From Thermoflexus sp. (GTDB lineage: Bacteria > Chloroflexota > Anaerolineae > Thermoflexales > Thermoflexaceae), in assembly GCA_035573655.1 (NCBI GenBank), contig DATMAC010000107.1, positions 1 to 56,656 on the forward strand: 56,656 bases of DNA, given 5' to 3'. A program made the translations under genes and the position numbers. This document shows, piece by piece, positions 48,379-56,656 of this stretch. How positions within the stretch are numbered: the stretch's first letter is position 1; each line of letters opens with the position of its first letter. The notes under the pieces are model-generated. The model saw nothing but the letters and a program-made list of their open reading frames with translations. It was not told where the DNA came from and ran no database searches.

Positions 48379-48553
48379 CAGGGCTTTTCCAAGTTCTAGC
48401 AACGACAGCGTCACAGCGAAGAAAGTCGATGGCTTCTCTCCCCCTTTCTCTCCCAGCGGCCTAAAGGGCCGCGGGGGGAGAAAAAATTTCTTCTGGGGCT
48501 GGGCCATGGGCCTCCGGCCCCCGGCCCTGGCTCAGCCCCAGAAACCCCCAAAT
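48379..48553 (+). repeat. Repeat family A, copy 3
   Basis: CAGGGCTTTTCCAAGTTCTA head, GCGGCCTAAAGGGCCGC, and TCTGGGGCTGGGCC...CAGCCCCAGAAACCCCCAAAT, colinear with 44268-44432. Confidence 0.78.
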
Positions 48554-48650
48554 AAAGCCTTGGATCGCAACGCAGCCCCTGGAGGCGGGGTGAGGACCCC
48601 ACCCGCTCGATGTCCCAACTCGTGCCCGAACTCCAACAAGGAGATGATAC

Positions 48651-48679
48651 TTGACAAGCTCACCCATCCTTCATACAAT
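48651..48679 (+). promoter_or_regulatory. Sigma70-type promoter of the liv/GS operon
   Basis: TTGACA, 17 nt, TACAAT. Confidence 0.75.
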
Positions 48680-48743
48680 AAGCCAATAATTCAAAGTTGA
48701 AGGTTTATTCACATTTGTGCATTTGGCGGGAAAGGGACCGGGT

Positions 48744-49619
48744 ATGGAAACCACACCCCTCACTCCCTGTTCCTCCCAGGGAACCAACAGCGCGCTCCAG
48801 CCGAGGCCAGCGGGGGCTTGGGCGGCTGGCTCCTCGTCCCACCCCTTGCTGGAAGTAGAGGGGTTAACGAAGCGCTTCCAAGGGGTTGTGGCGCTGCAGG
48901 ACTACCGGTTGGTTATGCGGGAGGGTGAGATCCTGGGGGTGATCGGGCCGAACGGTGCTGGCAAGACTACGCTGATCAACTTGTTGAGTGGGTTCCTCCG
49001 CCCAGACTCGGGTCGTATCCGATTCCGTGGACAAGACGTGACCCGCCTTCCAGCTCACCGCATCCCCGCCCTGGGGATCGCTCGTACCTTTCAGAACATC
49101 CGCCTGTTTCCCTCGTTAACCGCTCTGGAAAATGTGCTGGTGGCGCTGACGATCCACCATCCGCCTGATGTCCTTTCGACGTTGTTCAACTTCGGCCCGG
49201 CACATCGGCGAATGGATATGCTGCGGCAACGTGCCATGAACCTCTTGGAACGCATGGGGATTGGACATCTGGCCCATCGGCCCGCTGGCACCCTGTCCTA
49301 CGGGGATCAACGGAGGGTCGAGATCGCCCGTGCTCTCGCCCTGGAACCCTCCCTGCTCCTGTTGGATGAGCCCACCGCTGGGCTGCATCCCGAGGAGAGC
49401 GAGGCCTTAATGGAGCAGCTGGCCCATTTGCATCGGGAACGCCGGATGGCCATCCTGATGGTCGCTCACGACATGCCGGTGGTAATGCGTTTCTGCCCCC
49501 GTCTACATGTCCTAAGCTCCGGCGTTCTGCTCGCTGAGGGAACGCCGGAGGAGATTCGCCGCAATCCGCTGGTGCTGGAGGCCTTCCTTGGACGATCCGG
49601 TGGTCCTGGAGCTTCGTGA
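48744..49619 (+). CDS. ABC ATPase (LivG-like)
   Basis: GPNGAGKTT, ARTFQNIRLF, LSYGDQ and LDEPTAG. Confidence 0.9.
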   Translation: METTPLTPCSSQGTNSALQPRPAGAWAAGSSSHPLLEVEGLTKRFQGVVALQDYRLVMREGEILGVIGPNGAGKTTLINLLSGFLRPDSGRIRFRGQDVTRLPAHRIPALGIARTFQNIRLFPSLTALENVLVALTIHHPPDVLSTLFNFGPAHRRMDMLRQRAMNLLERMGIGHLAHRPAGTLSYGDQRRVEIARALALEPSLLLLDEPTAGLHPEESEALMEQLAHLHRERRMAILMVAHDMPVVMRFCPRLHVLSSGVLLAEGTPEEIRRNPLVLEAFLGRSGGPGAS

Positions 49620-50307
49620 CCTGGAAGCAGCTTACGGGGCGATCCGCGCCCTCCATGGCCTGTCCCTCACAGTAGGGGCCGGCGAGGTGGTCGCCCTGCT
49701 GGGGCCAAATGGGGCAGGCAAGACAACGACGCTCCGGGTGATCTCAGGGTTGCTGCGTCCAGTGCGAGGGCAAGTTCTCTACCGCGGCCAGGAAATCACC
49801 GGGCGTTCCCCGGCTCAGATCGCCCGCATGGGCATCATTCAGTGCCCGGAGGGCCGTCAGGTTTTCAAGAGCCTCACCGTACGGGAGAACCTGCTTCTGG
49901 GAGGTTACCGACTGAGGGATCCTGTCCGGGAACGCCGCAACCTCGAGCGGGCGCTGGCCTTGTTCCCGATGCTGAAGGAGCGTCTCAATCAGCCGGCAGG
50001 GCTGCTTTCAGGCGGACAACAGCAGATGCTGGCCATTGCTCGCGCCCTTATGGCCGATCCGGAGGTCCTGTTGCTGGACGAGCCTTCCCTCGGGTTGGCT
50101 CCCCGGGTGGTGGAGGAAGTCTTCGAGGCCTTGGCTCAGTTGAAGGCACATGGGTTGACGATGCTGATCGTCGAACAAAACGCGGAGAAGGCCCTGGACC
50201 TGGCGGACCGCGGTTATGTGTTGGAGAGCGGGCGACTGGTCCTGGCGGACACGGCGGCCCGCCTGCGGGAAAACCCCGATCTGATCCGAATCTACCTGGG
50301 TCGTTAG
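49588..50307 (+). CDS. ABC ATPase (LivF-like)
   Basis: GPNGAGKTT, LSGGQQQM and LDEPSLGLAP. Confidence 0.92.
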   Translation: MDDPVVLELRDLEAAYGAIRALHGLSLTVGAGEVVALLGPNGAGKTTTLRVISGLLRPVRGQVLYRGQEITGRSPAQIARMGIIQCPEGRQVFKSLTVRENLLLGGYRLRDPVRERRNLERALALFPMLKERLNQPAGLLSGGQQQMLAIARALMADPEVLLLDEPSLGLAPRVVEEVFEALAQLKAHGLTMLIVEQNAEKALDLADRGYVLESGRLVLADTAARLRENPDLIRIYLGR

Positions 50308-50334
50308 CAATGGAGAGCTGGAGGGGAAAATCCG

Positions 50335-51243
50335 ATGTCCATGATAGGCTCCCTGGGATTCTGGATCCAACAATTGATCAACGCCCTGGGCTTGGGAAGC
50401 CAGTATGCCTTGATGGCCGTTGGCCTGGCCATGGTCTTCGCCGTGATGCGGCTGATCAATTTCGCCCACGGCACGGTGATGATGGCCGGCGCTTACATTG
50501 GCCTTCTCCTCCTGCAGCACGGCTGGCCCTTTTCAGCCGTGGTCATAGGGGCCATTGCCGGTGCAGCCGCTCTGGGCTTGCTGATCGAACGGATCGCGTA
50601 CCGGCCGGTGCGCGGGGCCCCAGACGTTGCGCTGTTACTGAACTCCTTTGCGGTAGCTGTTTTCCTGGAGAACATGGCCATTCTTTTGTTCTCCCCTCGT
50701 TCCCGTCCCTTCCCTATGCCGGCACTGCTCACCCAGGTGCTCCACATCGGTGGGAACCTCTTCCTGCCTTCCATCCATCTTTGGGCGTTCGGAAGCGCCA
50801 TGTTCGCGCTCGGGGCTCTCGCCCTCTTCGTCACCCGCACCCGCTTGGGTCTGGCCATGCGGGCGGCCGCTGAGAACCCAACAGCGGCGCAATTATTAGG
50901 AATTGAGATCGGCAAAGTCACTATGCTGGCCTTCGCCATTGGTTCAGCCATGGCCGGACTAGCGGTTATATTGTGGATCGCTCATGTGGGGACGATCAAC
51001 CCCACCATGGGTTTCGAGCCAGTTCTGAAAGCCTTCGTCGCCTGTGTGATTGGGGGATTCGGGACCATTCCCGGTGCCGTCTTAGGAGGTTATCTCCTGG
51101 GAGCATTGGAGATCCTGCTCCAGGGCTTTTTGCCGTCTGGGATCGTGGGCTACCGCGATGCCTTCGTCTATGGGATTTTGATCCTCATCCTCTTGGTGCG
51201 CCCAGGCGGTGTCCTGGGCTACCTGGAGGCGGAGCGGGTCTGA
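50335..51243 (+). CDS. LivH-like permease
   Basis: LINFAHG, GLAMRA and IGGFG.IPGA. Confidence 0.9.
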   Translation: MSMIGSLGFWIQQLINALGLGSQYALMAVGLAMVFAVMRLINFAHGTVMMAGAYIGLLLLQHGWPFSAVVIGAIAGAAALGLLIERIAYRPVRGAPDVALLLNSFAVAVFLENMAILLFSPRSRPFPMPALLTQVLHIGGNLFLPSIHLWAFGSAMFALGALALFVTRTRLGLAMRAAAENPTAAQLLGIEIGKVTMLAFAIGSAMAGLAVILWIAHVGTINPTMGFEPVLKAFVACVIGGFGTIPGAVLGGYLLGALEILLQGFLPSGIVGYRDAFVYGILILILLVRPGGVLGYLEAERV

Positions 51244-51244
51244 G

Positions 51245-52348
51245 ATGGTGGCTTCCTCGGCTCGGTGGAAGTGGAGCTGGGCGCTGCGCGCTCTCCTGTT
51301 GCTGCTGTTGGGCGGTGCATACCTGGCAGTGGCACGCGGAGGAAACGCCTATCTAGAACGCCTGGCGATCTTGTTTTTGATCAACTTGATGCTGGTGGTC
51401 AGCCTGAACCTCTTCACCGGGCTCACAGGCGTTTTCTCCCTCGGGCACATCGGCTTTATGGCCCTGGGGGCCTACACCTCGGCGATCCTGACGCTCCCAG
51501 TGGCCCTGAAGGCGGTGAATTTGCCAGACCTGCCACCTCCCCTCAACTCATTCGCTTTACCCTTCCTTCCCGCCCTCTTGCTGGGCGGCCTGATCGTGAT
51601 GATCATAGCGATCCTCATTGGTATTCCATTGTTACGGCTGAGCGGGCATTTCGTCGCCGTGGCCACTCTGGGCTTTCTGATCATCACGCGTGTGGTGCTG
51701 ATCAACGCAGAGGCTTTCACCCGGGGGACACGGACCTTCTCCGGTGTGCCCCCGTTCACCACGTTGGGCTGGGCGGCTCTGTGGGCGGCTTTGAACCTCT
51801 ACGTTGCCTGGCGAGTGAAACACTCGCCGTTGGGCCTGCAGCTCATCGCCGCCCGCGATGATCCATGGGGAGCCCGGGGTTCAGGGGTGGACATCCCGCG
51901 AATCCGACAGATCGCCTTCGGGATCAGCGCCTTCTTCACCGGGATCGCCGGAGGGCTCTGGGCGCACTTCCTCACCGCCTTCTCGCCAAACGCCTTTTAT
52001 TTCTCGAAAACCTTCGAGATCATCGTGATGATGATCGTGGGAGGCATGGGCAGCATCAGCGGCTCCGTTCTTGGAACGCTTCTGGTGATGGCCAGCACCG
52101 AGATCCTCCGCAACCTGGAGCCCGGCTTCGCGATTGGACCCTGGATGTTCGGCCCGCTCTATGGCCTCAGTCAGATCGGCCTGGCCGTGTTGCTGATTCT
52201 CCTCATCACGTTTCGCCGTCAGGGATTGCTAGGGGATCAGGAGCTCCGAACAGAGGCGATCGCCGAGCGACTGGCGCTCTGGCTGGAGAGGCGGAAGGCC
52301 ACCGTCGGAGCCCTGCGCGCTCGGAAAGCCGATCCTTCATCCTCATAA
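51245..52348 (+). CDS. LivM-like permease
   Basis: SLNLFTGLTGVFSLGH, LRLSG and VGGMGSISG. Confidence 0.9.
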   Translation: MVASSARWKWSWALRALLLLLLGGAYLAVARGGNAYLERLAILFLINLMLVVSLNLFTGLTGVFSLGHIGFMALGAYTSAILTLPVALKAVNLPDLPPPLNSFALPFLPALLLGGLIVMIIAILIGIPLLRLSGHFVAVATLGFLIITRVVLINAEAFTRGTRTFSGVPPFTTLGWAALWAALNLYVAWRVKHSPLGLQLIAARDDPWGARGSGVDIPRIRQIAFGISAFFTGIAGGLWAHFLTAFSPNAFYFSKTFEIIVMMIVGGMGSISGSVLGTLLVMASTEILRNLEPGFAIGPWMFGPLYGLSQIGLAVLLILLITFRRQGLLGDQELRTEAIAERLALWLERRKATVGALRARKADPSSS

Positions 52349-52360
52349 GGAGGGATAGCC

Positions 52361-53596
52361 ATGCGCCCGCTGCATCGATGGTCCGCACTCGCTTTAGTGT
52401 TCCTCATGGCAGCGGCCGCCTGCCAGCCAGCCGCCCCGCTGGCGGCCACGCCGACGGCCGCCCCCGTCGCATCGCCTGCCCCTGCCGAAACGCCGATGGC
52501 GAAGGAGCCCATCCGCATCGGCGCGCCCTTCAACCTGACCGGTGGGATGGCTTCCATCGATGTGCCGGCAGCCAACGGGGCCCGGCTCGCCGCCGAGGAG
52601 ATCAACGCCGCCGGTGGCGTGATGGGCCGTCCGATTGAGCTGTTGATCCGCGACACCAAGACGGACCCAGCGACCGCGGCAACAGTCGTCACCCAGCTGA
52701 TCGAACAAGATAAGGTGGTCGCCGTCATCGGGTTCAACGATTCCGATTACGTGCTGGCGGCGGGACCTATCTGCCAGCGCGCTGGGATCCCCTTCATCAC
52801 GGTCGGTGCCACTTCGCCGCGCCTGCCTGGACAGGTAGGGGATATGCTCTTCCTAACTCCCTTTGGCGACAATGTGCAAGCAGCCGTGGGGGCCGAGTTC
52901 GCCTTTGAGAAGTTCGGCAAGACTGCCTATCTGTTGTGGGACAAAGGCGCGGAGTACACCACGGTGCTGGCCAAATATTTTAAGGCGCGCTTTACCGAGC
53001 TGGGTGGAACCATCGTGCTGGAGGACACCTATCAATCCGGTGACAAGGACTTCTCCGCCCAGATCGCCAAGGTGAAAGCTCTGCCCCAGCAGCCGGACTT
53101 TTATTACATTTCCGCCCTGCCAGACGACGTGGGGACGATCGTGAAGCAATTCCGGAACGCTGGGATCACCGGTCCCATCGTGGGGGGTGATGGCTACGAC
53201 ACTCCGCTCCTGGTGCAGGTAGCCGGCCCGGCAGCCGAGAACGTATTCTTCACCACCCACTCTCTGCTCACTGCGGACTCCCCCAACGAGAAGGTGCGCA
53301 AATTCGTGGCCGCTTACAAACAGAAATATGGCACTGAGCCGGAGGCCGTCTTCGCCGCCCTGGGATATGACGCGGTCTATGTCCTCGCTGAGGCCATCCG
53401 GCGGGCCGGGTCAACCGATGGACAAGCGATCAAGCAGGCGCTGGAGAACATCCGAGACTTCCCCGCGGTTACGGGGGTGATCAACTACTCGCCGCAATCC
53501 CACATCCCCCAAAAGGGGGTGACGGTGATCGAAGTGAAGGGTGGGAAGTTCACCCTGGCCGCCGAGCGAGTTCCCCAGAAAGTCCCGGCGCCATGA
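52361..53596 (+). CDS. LivK-type substrate-binding lipoprotein
   Basis: AAAC lipobox, INAAGGVMGRPIEL and DFSAQ. Confidence 0.9.
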   Translation: MRPLHRWSALALVFLMAAAACQPAAPLAATPTAAPVASPAPAETPMAKEPIRIGAPFNLTGGMASIDVPAANGARLAAEEINAAGGVMGRPIELLIRDTKTDPATAATVVTQLIEQDKVVAVIGFNDSDYVLAAGPICQRAGIPFITVGATSPRLPGQVGDMLFLTPFGDNVQAAVGAEFAFEKFGKTAYLLWDKGAEYTTVLAKYFKARFTELGGTIVLEDTYQSGDKDFSAQIAKVKALPQQPDFYYISALPDDVGTIVKQFRNAGITGPIVGGDGYDTPLLVQVAGPAAENVFFTTHSLLTADSPNEKVRKFVAAYKQKYGTEPEAVFAALGYDAVYVLAEAIRRAGSTDGQAIKQALENIRDFPAVTGVINYSPQSHIPQKGVTVIEVKGGKFTLAAERVPQKVPAP

Positions 53597-53624
53597 GCGC
53601 AGGGCGTTTGTCCTTCTATAGGTA

Positions 53625-53653
53625 CAGGGCCGGGCCTTGAGGGCCCGGCCCTG
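53625..53653 (+). terminator. Hairpin after the SBP gene
   Basis: CAGGGCCGGGCC-TTGAG-GGCCCGGCCCTG 12-bp stem. Confidence 0.5.
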
Positions 53654-53687
53654 CCCAACGACGACCCAAGGCCCGGAGGAAGAAGCC

Positions 53688-55034
53688 ATGGCTGAGTGGA
53701 AGGATGCCATTCGCGCTGCGATCCGACACCATGGGATCCGCTATGTGCGTTTCCTTTGGTGTGATAACGCCGGTGTCATTCGCGCTAAGGCGGTCCACGC
53801 GACCTTCCTGGAGGACTATCTTGAGGGCGCAGGCGTGGGGATCGCCGCCGCCCAGCAGGCCCTCCCGGTGATGTACGACGCCCTTGCCCCGGACGCCGGG
53901 TTGACGCCGGCCGGCGAGGTCCACATGCGAGCGGACTGGACGACCTTCACCCCGCTGCCGTACGCCCCCGGCCACGCCCGGGTGCTCACCGATATCTACG
54001 AAGGAGATCGGCCGTGGCCTCATTGCCCACGATCGTTTCTCCGTCGTATGATCGAACGGGCTGGACAACGGGGATGGCGGATCATGGCGGCCTTTGAGAA
54101 CGAATTCTATTTGCTCCGCCAGGAGGGCGGTCAGGTGATCCCCGCCGATTCCACCGTGTTCGCCCAGACGGCCGCCCTGGACGCTATGGCACCGGTGCTC
54201 GAGGATCTGACCTCCGCCTTGGAGGCTCAAGGGATCGTCCCAGAGATGATCTATGCGGAATCCGGACCTGGCCAATTCGAGATGCCAATCCGCTACGCGG
54301 AAGCACTGCGGGCGGCAGACAACCAGATCGCTTTCCGTGAGACCGTGCGGGCCGTCGCGCGCCGCCATGGCCTGATCGCCTCCTTCGTCCCGAAGATTTT
54401 CCTCGACAAAGCCGGCAGCGGTGCCCATCTCCACTTCAGCTTGTGGCAGGGCGAGCAGAACAAGACCGCTGACCCGCACCGTCCTGAGATGCTTTCCACG
54501 GAGGCCCGAGCGTTTATCGCAGGGATTCTCCATCACTTGCCCGCCCTCACCGCCTTCACGATCCCCAGCCCGAACTCCTTCAAGAGGATCCGCCCCCGTT
54601 TCTGGAGTGGGGCCTTCACCTGTTGGGGCTATGGCAACCGGGAGGCAGCCGTGCGCGTGCCTCAGCCCCCAGCCGGCCGGCCGGTCACTCATATCGAGCT
54701 GAAGACGGTGGATCCTTCATGCAACCCATATCTGGCATTGGGGGCAGTGATCGCGGCCGGTTTGGACGGACTGGAGAGGAATCTGGATCCGGGGGAGCCC
54801 GTTCAATTGGACCCGGCGGACCTTCCGGAGGCGGAACGGGCCGCCCGGGGCATCCGACCACTGCCAACGACGCTGGGCGAGGCCCTCGCTGCCCTCGAGC
54901 GCGATGAGGTCCTCCTTCAGGCCCTGGGGCCGGAGCTCGCACGCTCCTACCTCGCCGTCCGTCGGATGGAGTGGGAGGCGCTGAAAGATTTACCACACGA
55001 AGAAGAGGTCCGAATCCTATTGGAACGCTATTAG
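53688..55034 (+). CDS. Glutamine synthetase-like gamma-glutamyl ligase (FluG/GlnA3/PuuA-type)
   Basis: FENEFY, ESGPGQFE, GSGAHLH, NREAAVR, ELKTVD and NPYL. Confidence 0.88.
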   Translation: MAEWKDAIRAAIRHHGIRYVRFLWCDNAGVIRAKAVHATFLEDYLEGAGVGIAAAQQALPVMYDALAPDAGLTPAGEVHMRADWTTFTPLPYAPGHARVLTDIYEGDRPWPHCPRSFLRRMIERAGQRGWRIMAAFENEFYLLRQEGGQVIPADSTVFAQTAALDAMAPVLEDLTSALEAQGIVPEMIYAESGPGQFEMPIRYAEALRAADNQIAFRETVRAVARRHGLIASFVPKIFLDKAGSGAHLHFSLWQGEQNKTADPHRPEMLSTEARAFIAGILHHLPALTAFTIPSPNSFKRIRPRFWSGAFTCWGYGNREAAVRVPQPPAGRPVTHIELKTVDPSCNPYLALGAVIAAGLDGLERNLDPGEPVQLDPADLPEAERAARGIRPLPTTLGEALAALERDEVLLQALGPELARSYLAVRRMEWEALKDLPHEEEVRILLERY

Positions 55035-55036
55035 CG

Positions 55037-56155
55037 ATGAACCTCTCGACCATCCCGATCATTGATCAGCACGCCCATAACCTGCTGCGTCCGGAACACG
55101 TGCGGACGTTCGCCTACCCCTCCGCTTTCACGGAGGGCTACGCCGCGGAGGTGGTCACCCGCCATGCCCAGGAGACGATTTTCTTCCGACGCAGCATGCG
55201 GGAGATCGCTGGGATATTGGGCTGTGAGCCGAACCTGGCCGCGATTCTCGAAGCCCGGGAGCGATTGGGGTTTGAGGAGGTGGTTCGGCGCTGCTTCGAG
55301 GCCGCCGGCTTTCAGTCGATCCTCCTAGACGATGGGTTCATGCCGGACCAAGTGATGCCGACCGCGTGGCATAACCGTTTCGTTCGAACCTATCGGCTGC
55401 TCCGGGTGGAGTTCCTGGCCGAGCGGTTGATCGCTGAGACCTCGACTTGGCCCGCTTTCGAGGAAGCCTTCCGGGCCGCCCTCCAGGACCCTGGGCCGGA
55501 GGTGGTAGGCTTTAAGACCATCGTTGCCTATCGGACCGGGCTCGCCGTAGAGGCTCCAGACCCTGAAGCCGCCCGCTCTGCTTTCGAGGCCATGCGACAG
55601 CAAGTGAAACAGGGAGGGCGCCTCCGGCTGGCCCACAAGCCCCTGAACGACTGGGTGGTGTGGCGCACCCTGGAGGCTGCCGCCGAGCAAGGCCGGCCCG
55701 TTCAGTTCCACACGGGTTTCGGGGATCCAGATCTGGATCTGCGGTGGGCGAACCCACTCCATCTGCGCCCCCTGCTGGAACATCCAGGTTTCCAACGGGT
55801 GCCCTTCGTGCTGCTCCACGCCTCCTATCCGTACACCCGTGAGGCCGGTTATCTTGCCGCGGTCTATCCTCATGTCTATGTGGATCTCGGCCTGGCCATC
55901 CCATTCCTCAGCCGATCCGGCATGGCCTTCGTTGTTCGCGCTTTCCTGGAGCTCACTCCGATCAGCAAGATCCTGTTTTCCACGGATGCCCACTTGATCC
56001 CCGAACTGTTCTATCTGGGAGCCCATTGGGGGCGACGGATCCTGGAGGAAGTGCTGGAAGCCACCGTGCACGATGGGGATCTGACCGCCGCCGAAGCCGA
56101 GGTGGCGGCGGAAGCTATTCTCCATCGCAACGCTCAGATGCTGTACCATCTATGA
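55037..56155 (+). CDS. Amidohydrolase resembling the FluG/NodGS N-terminal domain
   Basis: IDQHAH, FKTIVAYRTGL, QFHTGFGD, LLHASYP and FSTDAH. Confidence 0.85.
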   Translation: MNLSTIPIIDQHAHNLLRPEHVRTFAYPSAFTEGYAAEVVTRHAQETIFFRRSMREIAGILGCEPNLAAILEARERLGFEEVVRRCFEAAGFQSILLDDGFMPDQVMPTAWHNRFVRTYRLLRVEFLAERLIAETSTWPAFEEAFRAALQDPGPEVVGFKTIVAYRTGLAVEAPDPEAARSAFEAMRQQVKQGGRLRLAHKPLNDWVVWRTLEAAAEQGRPVQFHTGFGDPDLDLRWANPLHLRPLLEHPGFQRVPFVLLHASYPYTREAGYLAAVYPHVYVDLGLAIPFLSRSGMAFVVRAFLELTPISKILFSTDAHLIPELFYLGAHWGRRILEEVLEATVHDGDLTAAEAEVAAEAILHRNAQMLYHL

Positions 56156-56237
56156 GCGAGGTCAGCGATCGCTTGGTTTACAGTGATGATGGGCGCTCTT
56201 GCTCCAGTAGAAGCGCTCGAAAGGGAGTAGACACCAG

Positions 56238-56656
56238 ATGCGGCGACCACTGATCGGCGTCACGGTGAAGAACACGCGGGAGACCGGATCGCTGGGCCGG
56301 GCCTGGAGCGCCACCGAGACGGCCTATCTACGGGCGATCTGGCAGGCCGGTGGTCTGCCGGTGATGATCCCCAATCTCCCACCGCAAACCGCATCGGAGT
56401 TCATCGAGCGAGTGGATGGGGTGTTGCTCACCGGAGGCGGTGACATCGCGCCGGATCGATACGGGGCCTCCCGCCACCCGGCAACCGGCGGAGTGGATTT
56501 CGAGCGAGACGCCTTCGAGTTCGCCCTGGTGGAGGCCGCGCGGGCCGCGGGCCGACCGATCCTGGGGATCTGCCGCGGCTTCCAGGTATTGGCGGTCGCG
56601 TGGGGTGGGACGCTCTGCCAGCATCTTCCGGAGATCACCGAACTGCCCCATGACAG
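56238..56656 (+). CDS. Gamma-glutamyl-gamma-aminobutyrate hydrolase family (PuuD/peptidase C26), truncated by the window end
   Basis: Manual translation MRRPLIGVT...DGVLLTGGGDIAP...ERDAFE...ILGICRGFQ. Confidence 0.88.
   Translation, partial: MRRPLIGVTVKNTRETGSLGRAWSATETAYLRAIWQAGGLPVMIPNLPPQTASEFIERVDGVLLTGGGDIAPDRYGASRHPATGGVDFERDAFEFALVEAARAAGRPILGICRGFQVLAVAWGGTLCQHLPEITELPHD

Noticed and set aside
44268-48553. CRISPR array
   Set aside because: The repeats are long, dispersed, diverged and in both orientations, with no regular spacers or cas genes
48697-48714. GlnR/TnrA- or Rex-like box downstream of the liv promoter
   Set aside because: Only one half-site (TTCACA) matches; too weak to call
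53688-55034. Housekeeping glnA
   Set aside because: Context (importer, amidohydrolase, PuuD-like gene) and the divergent N-terminus favour a gamma-glutamyl ligase

Overview
This is a GC-rich bacterial window. The Pro/Thr/Ala-linker lipoproteins and overall gene content suggest a Chloroflexota, possibly Thermoflexus-like, but that is inference. It is made almost entirely of catabolic and transport modules. (1) 1-5.2 kb (-): a LacI-controlled sugar ABC locus with a divergent GH65-like glycosidase and two matching LacI-type operators. (2) 5.3-28.2 kb (-): one ~23 kb co-oriented cluster headed by a FadR/GntR regulator. It encodes a beta-hydroxyacid dehydrogenase, 2-oxoacid/acetoin-type E1a/E1b/E2 without E3, two M24-fold hydrolases with altered metal ligands, ALDH, a Liv-type ABC importer, an ACMSD-like amidohydrolase, two cupins, a phytoene-dehydrogenase-like flavoprotein, a DHPON-hydrolase-like enzyme and a CoxG/M/L/S-type Mo-hydroxylase; this is a probable uncharacterised N-heterocycle degradation pathway. 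(3) 28.5-39.3 kb (+): an IclR/KdgR-like operon with an RraA-type aldolase, a Tat-lipoprotein sugar ABC importer whose two ATPases jointly carry one degenerate nucleotide site, an M24 peptidase, Eda, KdgK and an SDR, followed by a transposase-like remnant. (4) 40-48.3 kb: enoyl-CoA hydratase, cupin, tal, sodA, a tungsten-type AOR followed by three ubiquitin-like MoaD/ThiS proteins none of which ends in GG, and an orphan ParB-like gene; the intergenic spaces hold two families of long-hairpin repeats. (5) 48.7-56.7 kb (+): a Liv-type ABC importer, a GS-like gamma-glutamyl ligase, a FluG-type amidohydrolase and a PuuD-like hydrolase. No rRNA, tRNA or CRISPR array was seen. Product calls come from motif recognition by eye; no database search was run.
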